64,000 nucleotides of DNA from Podarcis tiliguerta. Its lineage: Eukaryota. Of this stretch, positions 13,044 through 25,461 are shown in pieces (position 1 is the first letter of the stretch; every line of letters begins with the position of its first letter). A program made the translations under genes and the position numbers. Where the stretch lies: the NCBI GenBank assembly GCA_965153285.1, contig OZ229110.1. One strand, 5' to 3'. Below the pieces are notes generated by a model. That model was not told the origin of the DNA. It searched no databases and saw nothing but the letters and a program-made list of their open reading frames with translations.

Positions 13044-13834
13044 CATCCCTCTCTTGCCTGGCATGTACAGATAATTCTACTATTTCACTGCAGTACACCT
13101 TACTGCCTTCTCAAACCACTCTGGGGAAATGTCAAAATGGCTTGCCACATTTTGACGTGGCTCACCACATTTGACATCTAAAAGAGCACTTCAGCTATGA
13201 GGTCCAGAGTTACTGCGCAATTTCAGCACAGTAAAGGGTCACTGGATTCTGTTTCTAACAGTCAATCCTTCTTACCAGGGAACTCTGGGAATTGTTGCTC
13301 TGTGAGTGGAATAAATGTCTCCTAACTGCTCTCAGCATCCTTAATAAACTACAGCTCCCAAGGTTCTTTGGGGGAAGCAGTGACCGTTTAAAGTGGTATC
13401 ATAGTACTTCATATGTATGGTGTGAATGTGACCTAGGTGAAGCTTGGATCAGGTCCAGCATGGGTTTCCTTATGTTTTAAACAAGAGAATGATAACCTGT
13501 TGAAGATGAGGAACCTTATAGTCCAGTAGTAGGGAATCTCTAGCCTATGATTCTAAGTTGGCCCACCACAAGTCCCAATTTGGTCCACAAGGCTGTTTTC
13601 CCCAAACCACACCCACCTTCTCCATACCTGATGTCATGTGTGATGTTGTCATAAGGATGTGGCTACAAAGGAACAGTTGGGGTGTTTAAAGTGAGCTCCT
13701 AATTCTTCCTTTGCAGGTGTGGCTCGTAGACCGGCTGGGATCAGTGTCACAAACAAAATCAGTATGCTCCAACAGCATTCTCAGGGCCACAGGTTACTCA
13801 TTCCTGTTCTGGATACTTGCACATTTATTACACC

Positions 13835-13957
13835 CAATGCTATTTTTCTAGAAAAACAGGTACCGGAACTCACCATTAACATGTCCCTTGTACTCTGATA
13901 ATAGCAATGGTGCCCACCTGAGAGGTGCCAGCAAGTTCCGGCTGAAGAAAAGCACTG
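13835..13957. mobile_element. Short MITE-like element with imperfect CAGTGCTTTTT-type TIRs
   Basis: Left caatgctatttttcta...ccggaact and right agttccggctgaagaaaagcactg are imperfect inverted repeats. Confidence 0.5.
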
Positions 13958-14697
13958 ATTACAACTACTTATATGACCATATCAGCCTAACAATTCCCTG
14001 CACTCCAGTCATTATGTATTGCTGCAGACTCTTTTGTAGGTGTTAAATCTTGTATTTGTTTATTCCACAATAGCTGCTATTTTTGTCCTGCAATAAATTC
14101 TGAAGCAGAGCATGTTAATATACTGATCATCCCCTTAGGAATGTTTAATAGTTTGATCTTACAATGGTTGCGTTGATTACACTGTAATCGCTGCAAAATG
14201 GCCACTATAATAATACTTAGACATATTCAGAAACATTTTTGAGCTTTGATTATTGGGGGAGAGAAGAAATGGAAGCATTTTCCTGTTTATGCCCATGTAC
14301 ATGCACGAGAACTGGTGTGAGGAACATTTGGCCCTCCAATTGTTTCTGAAATACATTTCCCATCATCCCTGGCCATTGGCCATGCTTGCTAGGGCAGATG
14401 GGAGTCCTAGATCAGCAACAATTGGAGAGCCAAAGGTCCCCCCCCCCCACCAACCTTCACTAGAGATGGGCTCCTCTGCTTCCCATTTGATTTGCAGAGA
14501 ACAGGGAGAGGGGGGCAAGACCACTCTAGTGCCCATGGGTACAAACTAACAACATCTAAAAAGTATCTCCAACATCTCCCCAAATGTAAAGTTAGAGACA
14601 AAATAGTCTCACTGTTGTATCAGGAAGATAACAGGGAGCAGCCCTGGCAAGCTGACCCAACCCAAGGCATTTTGCTGCCTGAGGCAAGAACAAGGTA

Positions 14698-14912
14698 CAG
14701 GTACCTCGGGTTACAGATACTTCAGGTTACAGACTCTGCTAACCCAGAAATAGCACCTCGTGTTAAGAACTTTGCTTCAGGATGAGAACAGAAATCGTGA
14801 AGTGGTGGCAGCGGGAGACCCCATTAGCTAAAGTGGTACCTCAGGTTAAGAACAGTTTCAGGTTAAGAACAGACATCAGAACGAATTAAGTTCTTAACCC
14901 AAGGTACCACTG
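14698..14912. mobile_element. Tc1/mariner-type MITE, same family as 4693-4949
   Basis: TA-cag..gtacctcgggtta ... taacccaaggtaccactg-TA; interior collinear with the 4693 copy (aacccagaaatag, ttaagaactttgcttcaggatgagaacagaaatc). Confidence 0.88.
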
Positions 14913-17426
14913 TAGCACCTCCTGTTTCATGTACAGAAGCTGATGAGAGTGGCATTTGAATCTCAGTTCAACACCAGCAATGGGGCACCACACTAGGAAG
15001 CCTCCTTAGTGCCTTACACTGAATCAGACCATTGTTTCATCTAACTCAGTATTGTCTACACTGACAAAAATATACACGTGCCAGATCCCTGACCAGGGTA
15101 AAAAACTGAAACCTTACACTAATAAAGCTGTCTTGTTCAGAAATCGCACTATGTTGGCCTCAGGGCAAAGGCTGGGATTCACCATCTTTTCAGCGTTAAT
15201 CTCTTTGGACTTCGTCCATCTTCACAAAGGTTTTCATCCCCCACTAGCTATTTTGGATCCTTTTCGCAGCACTATGCCCTAAGGCCCGCTACTGTGTGTG
15301 TGTCAGCTTCTGTCTCACAGCAAAGCAGCCCATTTCTTTTAGCAAGTGTCAGTATACAAGAGAACGTACTTGGGGAAAACCCACATGCAAATGGCACAGA
15401 GAAGCCTTAGGCAACATAACCACATGCTTAGTAACATGAATGATGCATCAATAAACTGCACAAGGGAGGTGATTAGATTGAGAAGAGCTGGAGAGAGAGC
15501 TCAGGGTTTTGAAAAGGGACTGAACGGTGCAAAACTAAGAGCACCAGAACTTCCAAGAACCAGACTTGGACATGTAATTGGTGAGCTTGCTGCTAATGCA
15601 TGAAAAAGCTGAATCAACTGTCTAGTCCGATTCCCTCCAGGTTGCCTAGGCAAGACGGACTGCTTTGCCTGGATCGCCTTTGTGATGTGGAATGCCGCTA
15701 GGCTGATGAGATGCAAAAGGAGCACAGGGCTCCTGTACCTTCACGCGTTGCATTTTAGAAGGAATTTTTGGCAAGTGTAGTCCTCCTTGCTCATGCAGCA
15801 CTGTGAAATGATAATAGAATCTATTTATCCAAACAACTGTTAAAGGCACGGGAGCCCTATTACTCCAGTAAACACAGTAGCAGTGGGTCTGGTGGTAGAT
15901 CTTAATAACCATACATTTTTATATATGGCTGATATTCAGAGAGAGTTTATTCATTCATTTCATAAAATAGATACACTGCTTGATTGTAAAAACAAACAAA
16001 CAAACCTCAAAGCAGTTTACAAAGCAAATAAAACATTAAAGTTATCGATGAAAAGCATAAAACTATTTAAAACAAAACAAAATAAAAACCAGTAATAATT
16101 TGAAAACAGATGAAAACACAAAGCAACATTCTACAGATCTGTTGTGGATCGAGAGTGCCGTTATGCTTAAATCCCACAGAACTGAGGAGCTTCTGAACCA
16201 CCAAAATGTCTTACAGGATTGTGGTGTGAGAGAGTTACAAATGTATCCACTTAAAAAACAACATGATAATGAAATGTAGCTTAAATGAATGTGCTTTTCA
16301 TGGATTTAACACATTCATTTCACAATTAAACAAATACAAGTGTAAGCCTGAGAAACATTTGGTGGTGGAAGGAAGCACTCACTCACTTGCTGGATCAGAT
16401 TTTTTTTGTTTTTAAGAGGGACAATAGATCCCTCTGATTTTTAAAAAAGCCCATACGATTTTCCTGAATATTCTTCCATCTCTAGCAACCTTGTTCCTTT
16501 ACAAATGGTGTGGTGCGTGATGATAAGATGCAGGGTTTAAGCAACTAAAACATTTGTCCTTAGAAGCCTCTTAACAGTTGTTGTAATGACATTTACAGTA
16601 ATGGCAAAGACCATTGGTGATTGCAAGGTTAAATCCCCCCAGACCAGATGAATGTAAAGAACATACGGTTATCAAATGGCTACTATCCAAGAAGCTCAGC
16701 ATATACATAGTCTTGCCAGGAGCATTACGGTTTTGGAATCCTCTAATGGCTATTATTCTGAGTACTGCAGATGAAATGTTTATCAGCTCTGGGCTGCAAT
16801 AGAATTCCATTTTCATCAATCACTTCCAGATCACAGGCAACTGAGGTCCAGATCCTAGGAATATCCATTACTGATGACAGTGTGAAATAAACTGTGGTAT
16901 AAACCTGGATTGTTACTGCATGTCCTCGTCCACACATGTCTGTGATTACATGTGCGCAGCCGGAACACATGTTTGGGTTTTTAGCTAGTTTGAGTCACAG
17001 CATGCCACGGGGCAACTTATACAAGGGTGAGTTAGGAATAAACCTGATGTTGGATTTGAAGAATATGTGGTTTATTATAAAGAGAGGAGGATTGATTATT
17101 GACATAGATAGCATGGAGCAACCTGAATCTAGACACTGGCAGCTTAGAGGAGAAAACTCTTAAAGGTTTGATCATCTAAGGAAGAACATTTCTTGGGACA
17201 GAGGGAAGGGGGGAGAGGAAGGTATTTTGAGCTTTTGCGGAATCAAAGTTTGCTTGACATGGATAGTAGGGTACAAAGGCATTTTCCGATGCATAATTTG
17301 GGTGGAGGTTTCCATCCTTGATGGATGGTGAACACTGATGACTGACTATGCATATACCTGTAGACATCCCAGTATTCCAGGTACAGAGCTAGGATTAACT
17401 TATTTCATTGACTCCAACAAGATTTA

Positions 17427-17777
17427 GTGGTGGTGCTGTGGCCAAAACACAGAGCCTAGGGCTTCCCAATCAGAAGGTCGACGGTTTGTATCCCCGCAAA
17501 GGGGTGAGTTCCCATTGCTCGGTCCCTGCTCCTGCCAACCTAGCAGTTCGAAAGCATGTTAAAGTGCAAGTAGATAAATAGGTACCACTCTGGCGGGAAG
17601 GTAAACAGCGTTTCTGTGCACTGCTCTGGTTCGCCAGAAGCAGCTTAGTCATGCTGGCCACATGACCCGGAAGCTGTGCAACGGCTCCCTCAGCCAATAA
17701 AGTGAGATGAGCGCCACAACCCCAGAGTCATCTGCAACTGGACCTAACGATCAGGGGTCCCTTTACCTTTAACCTTT
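17427..17777 (+). mobile_element. Sauria SINE, near full length
   Basis: tRNA-like head, core ctgccaacctagcagttcgaaagca...gtgcaagtagataaataggtacc...gctggccacatgacccggaag, and (ACCTTT)-type tail. Confidence 0.9.
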
Positions 17778-18817
17778 GTTGCACAGGAGCCATTATTTCC
17801 AGATAAGATATATTGCATTCAACCCAATAGGTTTTTCAAGCAAGGAAAACAACACCACAGTGTGATAATTTCCAGAGGTCACAATGGGAGAATGAATATA
17901 GCAAAAGTGGGGCTCCTTCACACTTTTATGCAGAGTGTTGAATCCTAGAACCCACCTTAGACACAGACTTATGCAGTGGCTTTGGAGGAAATACTTATTC
18001 CTCAGGGATCTTCTGCACAATCGTTTTTATGCAGTATAAGATACGTGCTTCCCAAATCTAGCACACAATCTACATATCTGCCCTAAAGGTAGTGCTTGTG
18101 TTGTGGTGTTACATTGTTTTTCTGAGCGTCTGAAGTGTGCTGCTTTGTGCCTGAGAAAATGCAGTGCATTTATTATTACATTTATACCTCTTCTCCAAGG
18201 AGCTCAATGCGGTGTGTACATGGTTATCCCCCTCAAACCCTGATAGCATGTCTGATGCTATTGCTGCATGGAATGTTGTTATGTGAGTGTTATGGATGTG
18301 TTTGCCATTGTTTGTGATGTCATTTGCAACAGAACTCTCTCCCTTCCACCTAGACCTGTTCCCCTTTGTGTGCCTGTTCTTAAGTTTTATTTTATTTGCT
18401 TTCCAAAAGAGAGAGAGAGAGGGTGAACAATCTACTGTATAAGTCTTCTTCATGAGGCTACATCTAGCCAGATTTGTAAGAAAAGCTGAATAGTGGCACA
18501 GATATCCTGGTTCCTTAAAAGTATCATCCTGTCTGTTACGTGTTACCAATGGAAGCCTTAGAACAGTGGTAGTGCTCTGCAGATGTTGATGCTGTTAGGT
18601 GTGGTGCTCTCTAGGTGTTGGGGACTACAAATTCCATAAGCTTCAGCCAGTCTGGCCGAAGGATAGAGATAGTGGGAGTTGTGGTTCGATAACACCTGGA
18701 GGGGTATCACATTGGCTGCCCTGGCTTAGCACATGGTGGGAAACCTTTTCCCTATCAAAGAGATGTGATTTTTAAAAAGGAGTGTGTGGAAATAGGTTCT
18801 ACATATCAGATTTTAAA

Positions 18818-19031
18818 CATTATTTCCTTCCTTCAAAGAGCTAAGAGACAGTATACACTGCTCTCTTTCCCCTCACCCCAAACCACGTTTATTCTCATGA
18901 CAACCTTGTGAGCTTATGCTAGGCTGAGAGACAGATTGACCTGAGGTCACCCGTAAGCTTTGTGGCTGAGCACTGATTTCAACTCAGGTTTCCGCCACCT
19001 AAATCTGAGACTGTAACCACTATGCCCCACT
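18818..19031 (-). mobile_element. Squam-like SINE, diverged
   Basis: Same core as 3638-3852 (caaccttgtgag...aggctgagag...aggtcacc...tggctgag...taaccacta). Confidence 0.65.
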
Positions 19032-19859
19032 AGTTCTTATGGATAGGCTATTATATTTTTATTTTTTTAAAAGCACTGGCCCCAGTCAATAGATGGGATG
19101 CTCTTTCAGATAATACCTCTTATTATCATTATCATTATTATCAGGTTCAAATTACTGGGGGAGGAGAGAACCAATAAATTTAAAATACTGTGGCACACTT
19201 TTGTACATGAAAAGTGTTATGTAAATTATTAAGAGTAATGATTACAAAGCATGGGAAAATAACAAGAGAAACTAACATTAATTTAACCTACTTTTGTCGG
19301 CCAGTGTGCTCCTAGGGTGCTACTTGCAATTCCTGACATGGTCTATAATTTGTTGCTTGAGCTGTTTCAAGGTCAGCGTCAGCTCACAGCTGTCACATTG
19401 CACAAAGATCGCATGTTCAGGGGCTTGCTCAAGGTTCATATCCTTTTCTGTCCTTTCTCTCTGGATAGCCATCTCCTTGGGGAAGACAGATTGGCTTTGC
19501 AATGGGAAAGAATGAGCTTATGCATGGAGATGATGATTTCTCATGGCAAAGCATTTCACTTGCCTTTCACCATCATGCAGGGGAAAGGACTGCATATTCT
19601 ACAGACTTCTACCTCTTCCCAGAAGTCAGCTGCTTCGTTCCATTAAACGCACACCCATAATTTTGATACCCCAGTGCATCTTGTTTGCCTAAGAGCCCAT
19701 TTTTGAGAGGATACAAAAAAAAACTCCTCCTAGGTACATTAGGAGGAGAAAGGTTCAGCATTTAAAGAGGGGTCACCACCAAGGGTCAAATTTATTTCCA
19801 GAGACTCAGTCCCCTGCCCACTTCACATCCTTTCTTGAAATGCTAATACTAAGCAAAAG

Positions 19860-20420
19860 CAACATCAAGGTGGGATGAAGTCTGAACATGGACTTCAAAA
19901 CGAAATTCTGCCAGGAAACTGCTGAATTTCAATTTATCAAGCAATTCATTCAGGCCACATGCGGCTTGAATCCAGGTTGTAGGCTTGATTTTGTTTTGAC
20001 ATCACACTACATGGGTTCATTAGCTTATCAATGACAAAACATTAGTCTTACTACCAGTACTGCCTTGTTAATTGGACACTGTAACTATCTTGCTTTCAGG
20101 TAAACATTACTGCCTGTTCTTTTTGCATTTCACTTCTGTCTGAACTCACTCCTGTACATCTCTTCGTCCCAGAGTACGCTTGATAATTCAGGATGATGAT
20201 TACTATTTATTAAATTTATATACCGCCCTATACCTAGAGGTCTCAGGCCGGTTCCAGAGGTCTCAGGGTGGTCTTACGTCTCAGGATTACCCTTCAGGCT
20301 TCTGACAAAAGCAGTCTCTGGTGCACAAAAGCTAGTAAATGTGTTGGCCTTGAAGGAGCCACAAAACACTTTGCTGTTTGTGCTCTACCAAACTAACACA
20401 GCTAGTATTTTTGATGCTGC
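19860..20420 (+). mobile_element. Degraded Penelope-like element remnant
   Basis: Short FKTKFCQETAEFQFIKQF-like remnant, followed by a terminal motif (aaagct...taaatgtgttgg.ctt.aagg.gccacaa.ac) that recurs at about 12070-12125 and 21325-21420. Family assignment is from recalled squamate Penelope ends. Confidence 0.4.
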
Positions 20421-21248
20421 AGTTCTTTGATTACCTTAATGAAAGATTCTGCAGGAAGCCTGTTCCTCAGTCTAATTTAATGAAATGGTACATTATTGGA
20501 ATGATTGGACATGCACTTTGCCAAATTATATAGGAAAAGCAAATAACCAGAGCTTTCTGCTATGATTGAGATCCTTCCTCATTGCTCTCTGTTATGTATT
20601 CAGCAGCTGAAGAATTTTATTTTCTTTCCACCCCGAACTCCAGGGTAAAGCATTTGGTTTTCCCAGATCACTGTTTTGATGGAAAATTTGCTTTCATGTA
20701 TTCCTTGGATCATCTCCTTCCCTACATCCCAGGCAACTGTTAAGATTGCTCAAATGTGTGCCCTCTCTAGACACTATCCTTTGTTTAAAGTTCCTTTCAG
20801 TTTCTCAAATGAACTCTTTACATATGCATAACTGGTGTTTTTTTCTAGACTGTTTTAGTGTTTGATGGCAGAAAGCACTTCAATGGCCCTTGATGGCTGG
20901 TGACTACTTCCAGCTACAGGGATTTGGGTTATGTTTTGCCTTAGGGCCTGAAAAAAATTTTTTTTCAGCTTTGTATTTAGCAACAGAAAAAGGATTTTGC
21001 CACTGACTGTTATGGAGTAATTTTGGGCAGATGCTGTTGCTTTGGTGGACTGGTGCTGTTTTGGGAATTAGTATTCCTTGCATGTTTGCCAATTGTCCTG
21101 CTGTACTTTTAAATTAGCATTTTGGGTTTTTTGTGCCTCCAGTTATTCACTCCTCACAAGGAAACAGACCCCATGAAAGACTGTCCTGGAACATTCTGTC
21201 GCTTGGGGGACTGAGAAGTGCATTTTGTGAGACAGAGACAGAGACAGA

Positions 21249-21251
21249 GGA

Positions 21252-21291
<40 letters not shown>
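21249..21291. repeat. (GAAA)n microsatellite
   Basis: About 10 perfect GAAA units. Confidence 0.95.
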
Positions 21292-22571
21292 AGAGTTATG
21301 GCATGAGCTTTCATGGATGCATGTGATGGAAGTAGACTGTGGTCCACAAGAGCTTATGCCATTATAAATGTGTTAGTTTTTAAGCTGCCGCAAGACTCTT
21401 ATTTTGCTGCACTCAGACATAGCCACCTGTTTGGAATTTGCAAAAAAGAAAGACTTTGTAAAAAGAATAGCCTTCTCCTTCTCTAGATTGCTTTGCAGTT
21501 TGAAAGGGGTTAAATAGGTAAATGTGCTGCCCATTTTTAATTATACAGATGTTAAAGCAGGCCATTCATCTAGTGGCCAGTGGCAGGTAAAAATCTCTAT
21601 CTGATAGGATTGGGAAGGTTTTCTGCATTGAAAGAGAGCTGGTTTTGTTTCCCAGCTGAGATCCAGACAGAAGTCGCCCGGTGGAGCAAATCCCCCCACC
21701 CCAAAAAAGGTAATTGCTGTGGTTGGGGGCTATTTTAATTAAAATTGTAGCTGTGGAGGAAAAGGTTAAACCTTCTCTCTTTGCGTGCTGCAGTCCTAAT
21801 AAAAACTTGGTGGGTGGAGGGCAAGTTCCTGCTTGTGGGCTTCCAATATAGGCATCTGGTTGGTCACTGGTAGTGCTTTGGCCTGTCACTCTCTCTCCCC
21901 CTCCCAGTATTTTGAAACCAGGCACTTTTTGTATTAATGGGTTAGCAAAGTAAAGAAACCTTTGATCACTGACCCAGTTAGAACAAGTCTTAGTGGACAA
22001 ACCTAAGAAATCATTATCCCAGATTTTTTTGTATTACATTGAGCATTAAGACGGATCAACCAGGATGTACCATGAAATTTAATGGAAATTTTCTAAAAGA
22101 TACATCATTGCAAGTATGAAAACATCTGTGGAACCACACAGATAAGTACGCAGCGGCTCCATGTCTGAGAGAAAACGGCATCAAAATGAGGGTGCTTATT
22201 CTTATATTTTCCTGAAGTGCTATGAAGGGAGAATATATATTTTTATCACTGCTAATGGTAATGCTAAGAGGTTGTGGAAATAAATCCTAGCAGCAGCAAC
22301 AAATCCCCCCCCCTTTTTTTACCAGATATAATTTCTTGACCTTAAGATATTTTTGTGACTTCTATCAAAGGACTGATAAGGCGATTAAGGATAAAAATGC
22401 ACTTCTGTATGATTGTGGGACTAGAATTGCTTATGCAAAACATCAGAAAATAAATCAGATACTGAGTCTTCAGAAAATACTAGGTCAAATTATGGGATAT
22501 GGCAATTCTGAAACCAATTGACCCTCTTGTGTTCTAGGTGATTGTTGTGCCAACCCACGGGAAGAAGAACC

Positions 22572-22596
22572 ATGACTTCAGTTCTCTACAGTGTCC
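22572..22596 (+). CDS. PLCD4: PLCD4 coding exon 1 (MTSVLYSV; exon starts at 22538)
   Basis: Acceptor gttctAG at 22536-22537, in-frame upstream TGA, aaccATG Kozak, donor C|GTGAGT. Phase 1 joins the next exon (R-LQLDENLEQMQQG), matching the short first coding exon of PLCD4. Confidence 0.8.
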
Positions 22597-22874
22597 GTGA
22601 GTATTCTCTTGAGTCTCCAGGGAATCTCTAGATTGCTACCTCCAAGTTTTGGGTGGCCTTCGGCAAGATGCCATCCGCAGATCTTCCCCCAGTGACAGCC
22701 CTTGCAGCCATCAGTGGTGCTTGCTCACTTGCTCATCCTCTCTCTGTGGGAATGTTAAGGAAGGTAGGAGAGAATATATTGTTTTGATATTATCCCTCCT
22801 CACTCACTCTAGTGAGTAAACAGCAGAGCAACATTCCTTTTGCGACTTAACAGAAGCAAGTTGATGATTCATTA

Positions 22875-23232
22875 AAAGGTAAAGGTACCCCTGCCCGTAC
22901 AGCCCAGTCTTGACAGACTCTAGGGTTGTGCGCCCATCTCACTTAAGAGGCTGGGGGCCAGCGCTGTCCGAAGACACTTCCGGGTCATGTGGCCAGCGTG
23001 ACGAAGCTGCTCTGGCGAGCCAGAGCCGCACACGGAAACGCCGTTTACCTTCCCGCCAGTAAGCGGTCCCTATTTATCTACTTGCACCCGGGGGTGCTTT
23101 CGAACTGCTAGGTTGGCAGGCGCTGGGACCGAACAACGGGAGCGCACCCCGCCGCAGGGATTCGAACCGCCGACCTTTCGATCGGCAAGCCCTAGGCGCT
23201 GAGGCTTTTACCCACAGCGCCACCCGCGTCCC
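22875..23232 (-). mobile_element. Full-length young Sauria SINE with 13-bp TSD
   Basis: Starts GGGACGCGGGTGGCGCTG on minus, B-box GGTTCGAATCC, (ACCTTT)2 tail; TSD TGATGATTCATTA at 22862-22874 and 23233-23245; CpGs retained. Confidence 0.95.
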
Positions 23233-23290
23233 TGATGATTCATTAGAATCCTTTAATTAAGCAATCCAGTCTGGCTTGTCCAGTCTGGAT

Positions 23291-23846
23291 TGTTCCTGGT
23301 AAGTTTCCCCTTTATTTCCCTCTTAAAATAATAACAACACAACAGAGTCTTCATTAAAAGTAAGAATAAAGTTTTACTCACATTCAGTTCACAGTAGTAA
23401 TCTGAAGGCAGGCTGTATCCTGTGGTTACAGTGAAAAGAAGTCTGAGCTACATCTTAGACTTTCTGCTTATGGGCTCCATCCTATGTGGGTTGAGCCATG
23501 TGCTGGCTAAGAGCCAGCAAGAGTAAGAGGGTAAGAGTGAGATGGTTGTATGACCAGCCCTTTTATCTGGTCAGCTAGGGTCACTCATGCCCATCTACCT
23601 GGTCACACACAGGGGGAGGAAGCTCCAGAGCAGGTATGACAGGAAGTCCTCCCTGTCTGGAGCCACATCCATCTGTGTGTCCATTCTAGACAAAAGGAAA
23701 ATGTTGTACTTGACTGCTCTAGTAATAATACATCCCACACACCCTCCAGGTCCAAGGGAGAAATATAGGGGACCTGGCAGGTTGTGACTACTGTTGCTGG
23801 AAGCAAAAAGGAGATCTGAATGTAGAATCAATATGTTTGCCCTACA
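23291..23846 (-). mobile_element. Possible solo LTR (Gypsy-like)
   Basis: TG...CA termini (minus TGTAGGG...GGAACA) and AATAAA near the minus-strand 3' end; no TSD found, so boundaries are uncertain. Confidence 0.4.
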
Positions 23847-24172
23847 GCAGCCTTTCCCAACCTGGTGCTTTCCAGATCTTGTTGGACTCCATCTCCAATG
23901 GACAGGGATGATGGGAGTTGTAGTCCAACAACAACCAAAGGGAACCAGGTTGGAGCAGGCTGCTTAGAAGGATGTTATGGAATGGCTGTTTCATTCAGAG
24001 CATAATGTTTCCTCCAGAAGCTGGGTCTTTCTATCTTGAATTTGACATCCCATCTCAGTAGGGTCAGTTTCTGTTCCTTATCTGTATGCTTAAACACAAA
24101 CGAATATTCCTTGTGTGGTGGCCCTCACTCGCTTTCTGATGTGAAATGCAGTCCCCTCAATCTCCTGCACAG

Positions 24173-24331
24173 GCCTTCAGCTGGATGAGAACCTGGAGCA
24201 GATGCAACAGGGGACAATGATGCGCAAGGTGAAGTCCAAGAACTGGAAGAAACCCCGGTACTTCATGCTGCAGGATGACTGCATGACCGTCTGGTACAAA
24301 TCCAAGATGTCTGGCAAAGCCAAGTCTGCCT
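24173..24331 (+). CDS. PLCD4: PLCD4 coding exon 2 (PH domain N-part)
   Basis: cacAG|gc...LQLDENLEQMQQGTMMRKVKSKNWKKPRYFMLQDDCMTVWYKSKMSGKAKSA..T|GTGAGT. Confidence 0.95.
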
Positions 24332-25405
24332 GTGAGTTCCACTCCCTGCTCTGAATGGTGGTTAGCAAGGCTGGTTTCCATGTCACCTTGTCTTTGAGTT
24401 CGCACTTTCAGGCAAGCATATAGCACAATGTGGGGATCCTTTCATAAGGGTTGGAGCATGTCCAGATTGCAGAAGCCCCCACATGAAACTGTTTAATGAC
24501 AGTCTGGCAACACCAGTCATTGGAAGAGATCAGAATGCAAAAATTATACACTTCCAAGCCAAAAGACTACTTAGCTTGATTTTTTAAAAGTGCTGGGCTG
24601 CAGCAGACTTCCACCGGGGAACAGGAGTACTGCTAGGTATTTAAGAGATTCAGGGAACAGGCCCGTAACATAAATGCTAATTTAGATTGAATTTCGGACT
24701 GGGGTGTAAAAACTCTGACTCTTGATGTCATGGGGTGCCAACAGGATGTTCTGGGAACAATAAAATTGGATCTGACCCTCAGGCCCACCTTCAGTCTCTT
24801 GGCAAGAACTGCTTGTCCTGATCCACCAGCTGAAAGAAAAGCTTGTGGGAGTGGTTGGTTGCAGGGATATCAAAGAAGGATGTCAAAAAATGCCAGAATG
24901 ATCAGTTCTAGTGCTTTATTAAAAGAAGGTGTAGACTTACAGCAAATCAGCCTGCCAGATCTCCCAGCCTTTACAGATGCAGGGTGGACACTGCAGCAAG
25001 GCGATGGCTTGTCCGCAGCCAAGCAAACATGTAGACATCCTTTATATACAAAACAACATACGTACATCAGTTTACTCAGAAGCTCCCATCACACCTGGCC
25101 AGTGAAGCCATGGTGGCAGCTATCCAAGGCTTCTCCCCTCTCAGGGGCTAGAGCCCAGCGTCCCAAGGTTCACAGATAAGCATAGCATCCACGCAAGCCA
25201 CTTAGTATACATCAAAGCAAGTGGATGTAAACACACATGAGCTCATTCTTGCAACAACTACCAGTTAGTTTAGGGTTATCTCAACTACCAAGATGGTGTT
25301 TGCATGCCTTCCAGAACATTTTGCCTTTGGTTCAACATACTGCTGCTTATGTACTTATTAAAACTGCAAGTCATGTCTGACATCTAATATGACTTCTCTT
25401 TCTTT

Positions 25406-25461
25406 TGTATGTGTGTGTGTGTGTGTGTGCACACGCGCACACGCGCACACACACACACACA
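25406..25461. repeat. (TG)n-(CA)n inverted compound microsatellite
   Basis: 56 bp of unbroken purine/pyrimidine alternation. Confidence 0.9.

Noticed and set aside
21140-21215. Additional minus-strand exon candidate for the antisense hypothesis
   Set aside because: Donor options are weak and none gave a phase-consistent open frame with the neighbouring segments.
23150-23232. tRNA-like A/B boxes
   Set aside because: Head of a Sauria SINE with TSD, not a tRNA gene; the same applies to the other SINE heads.
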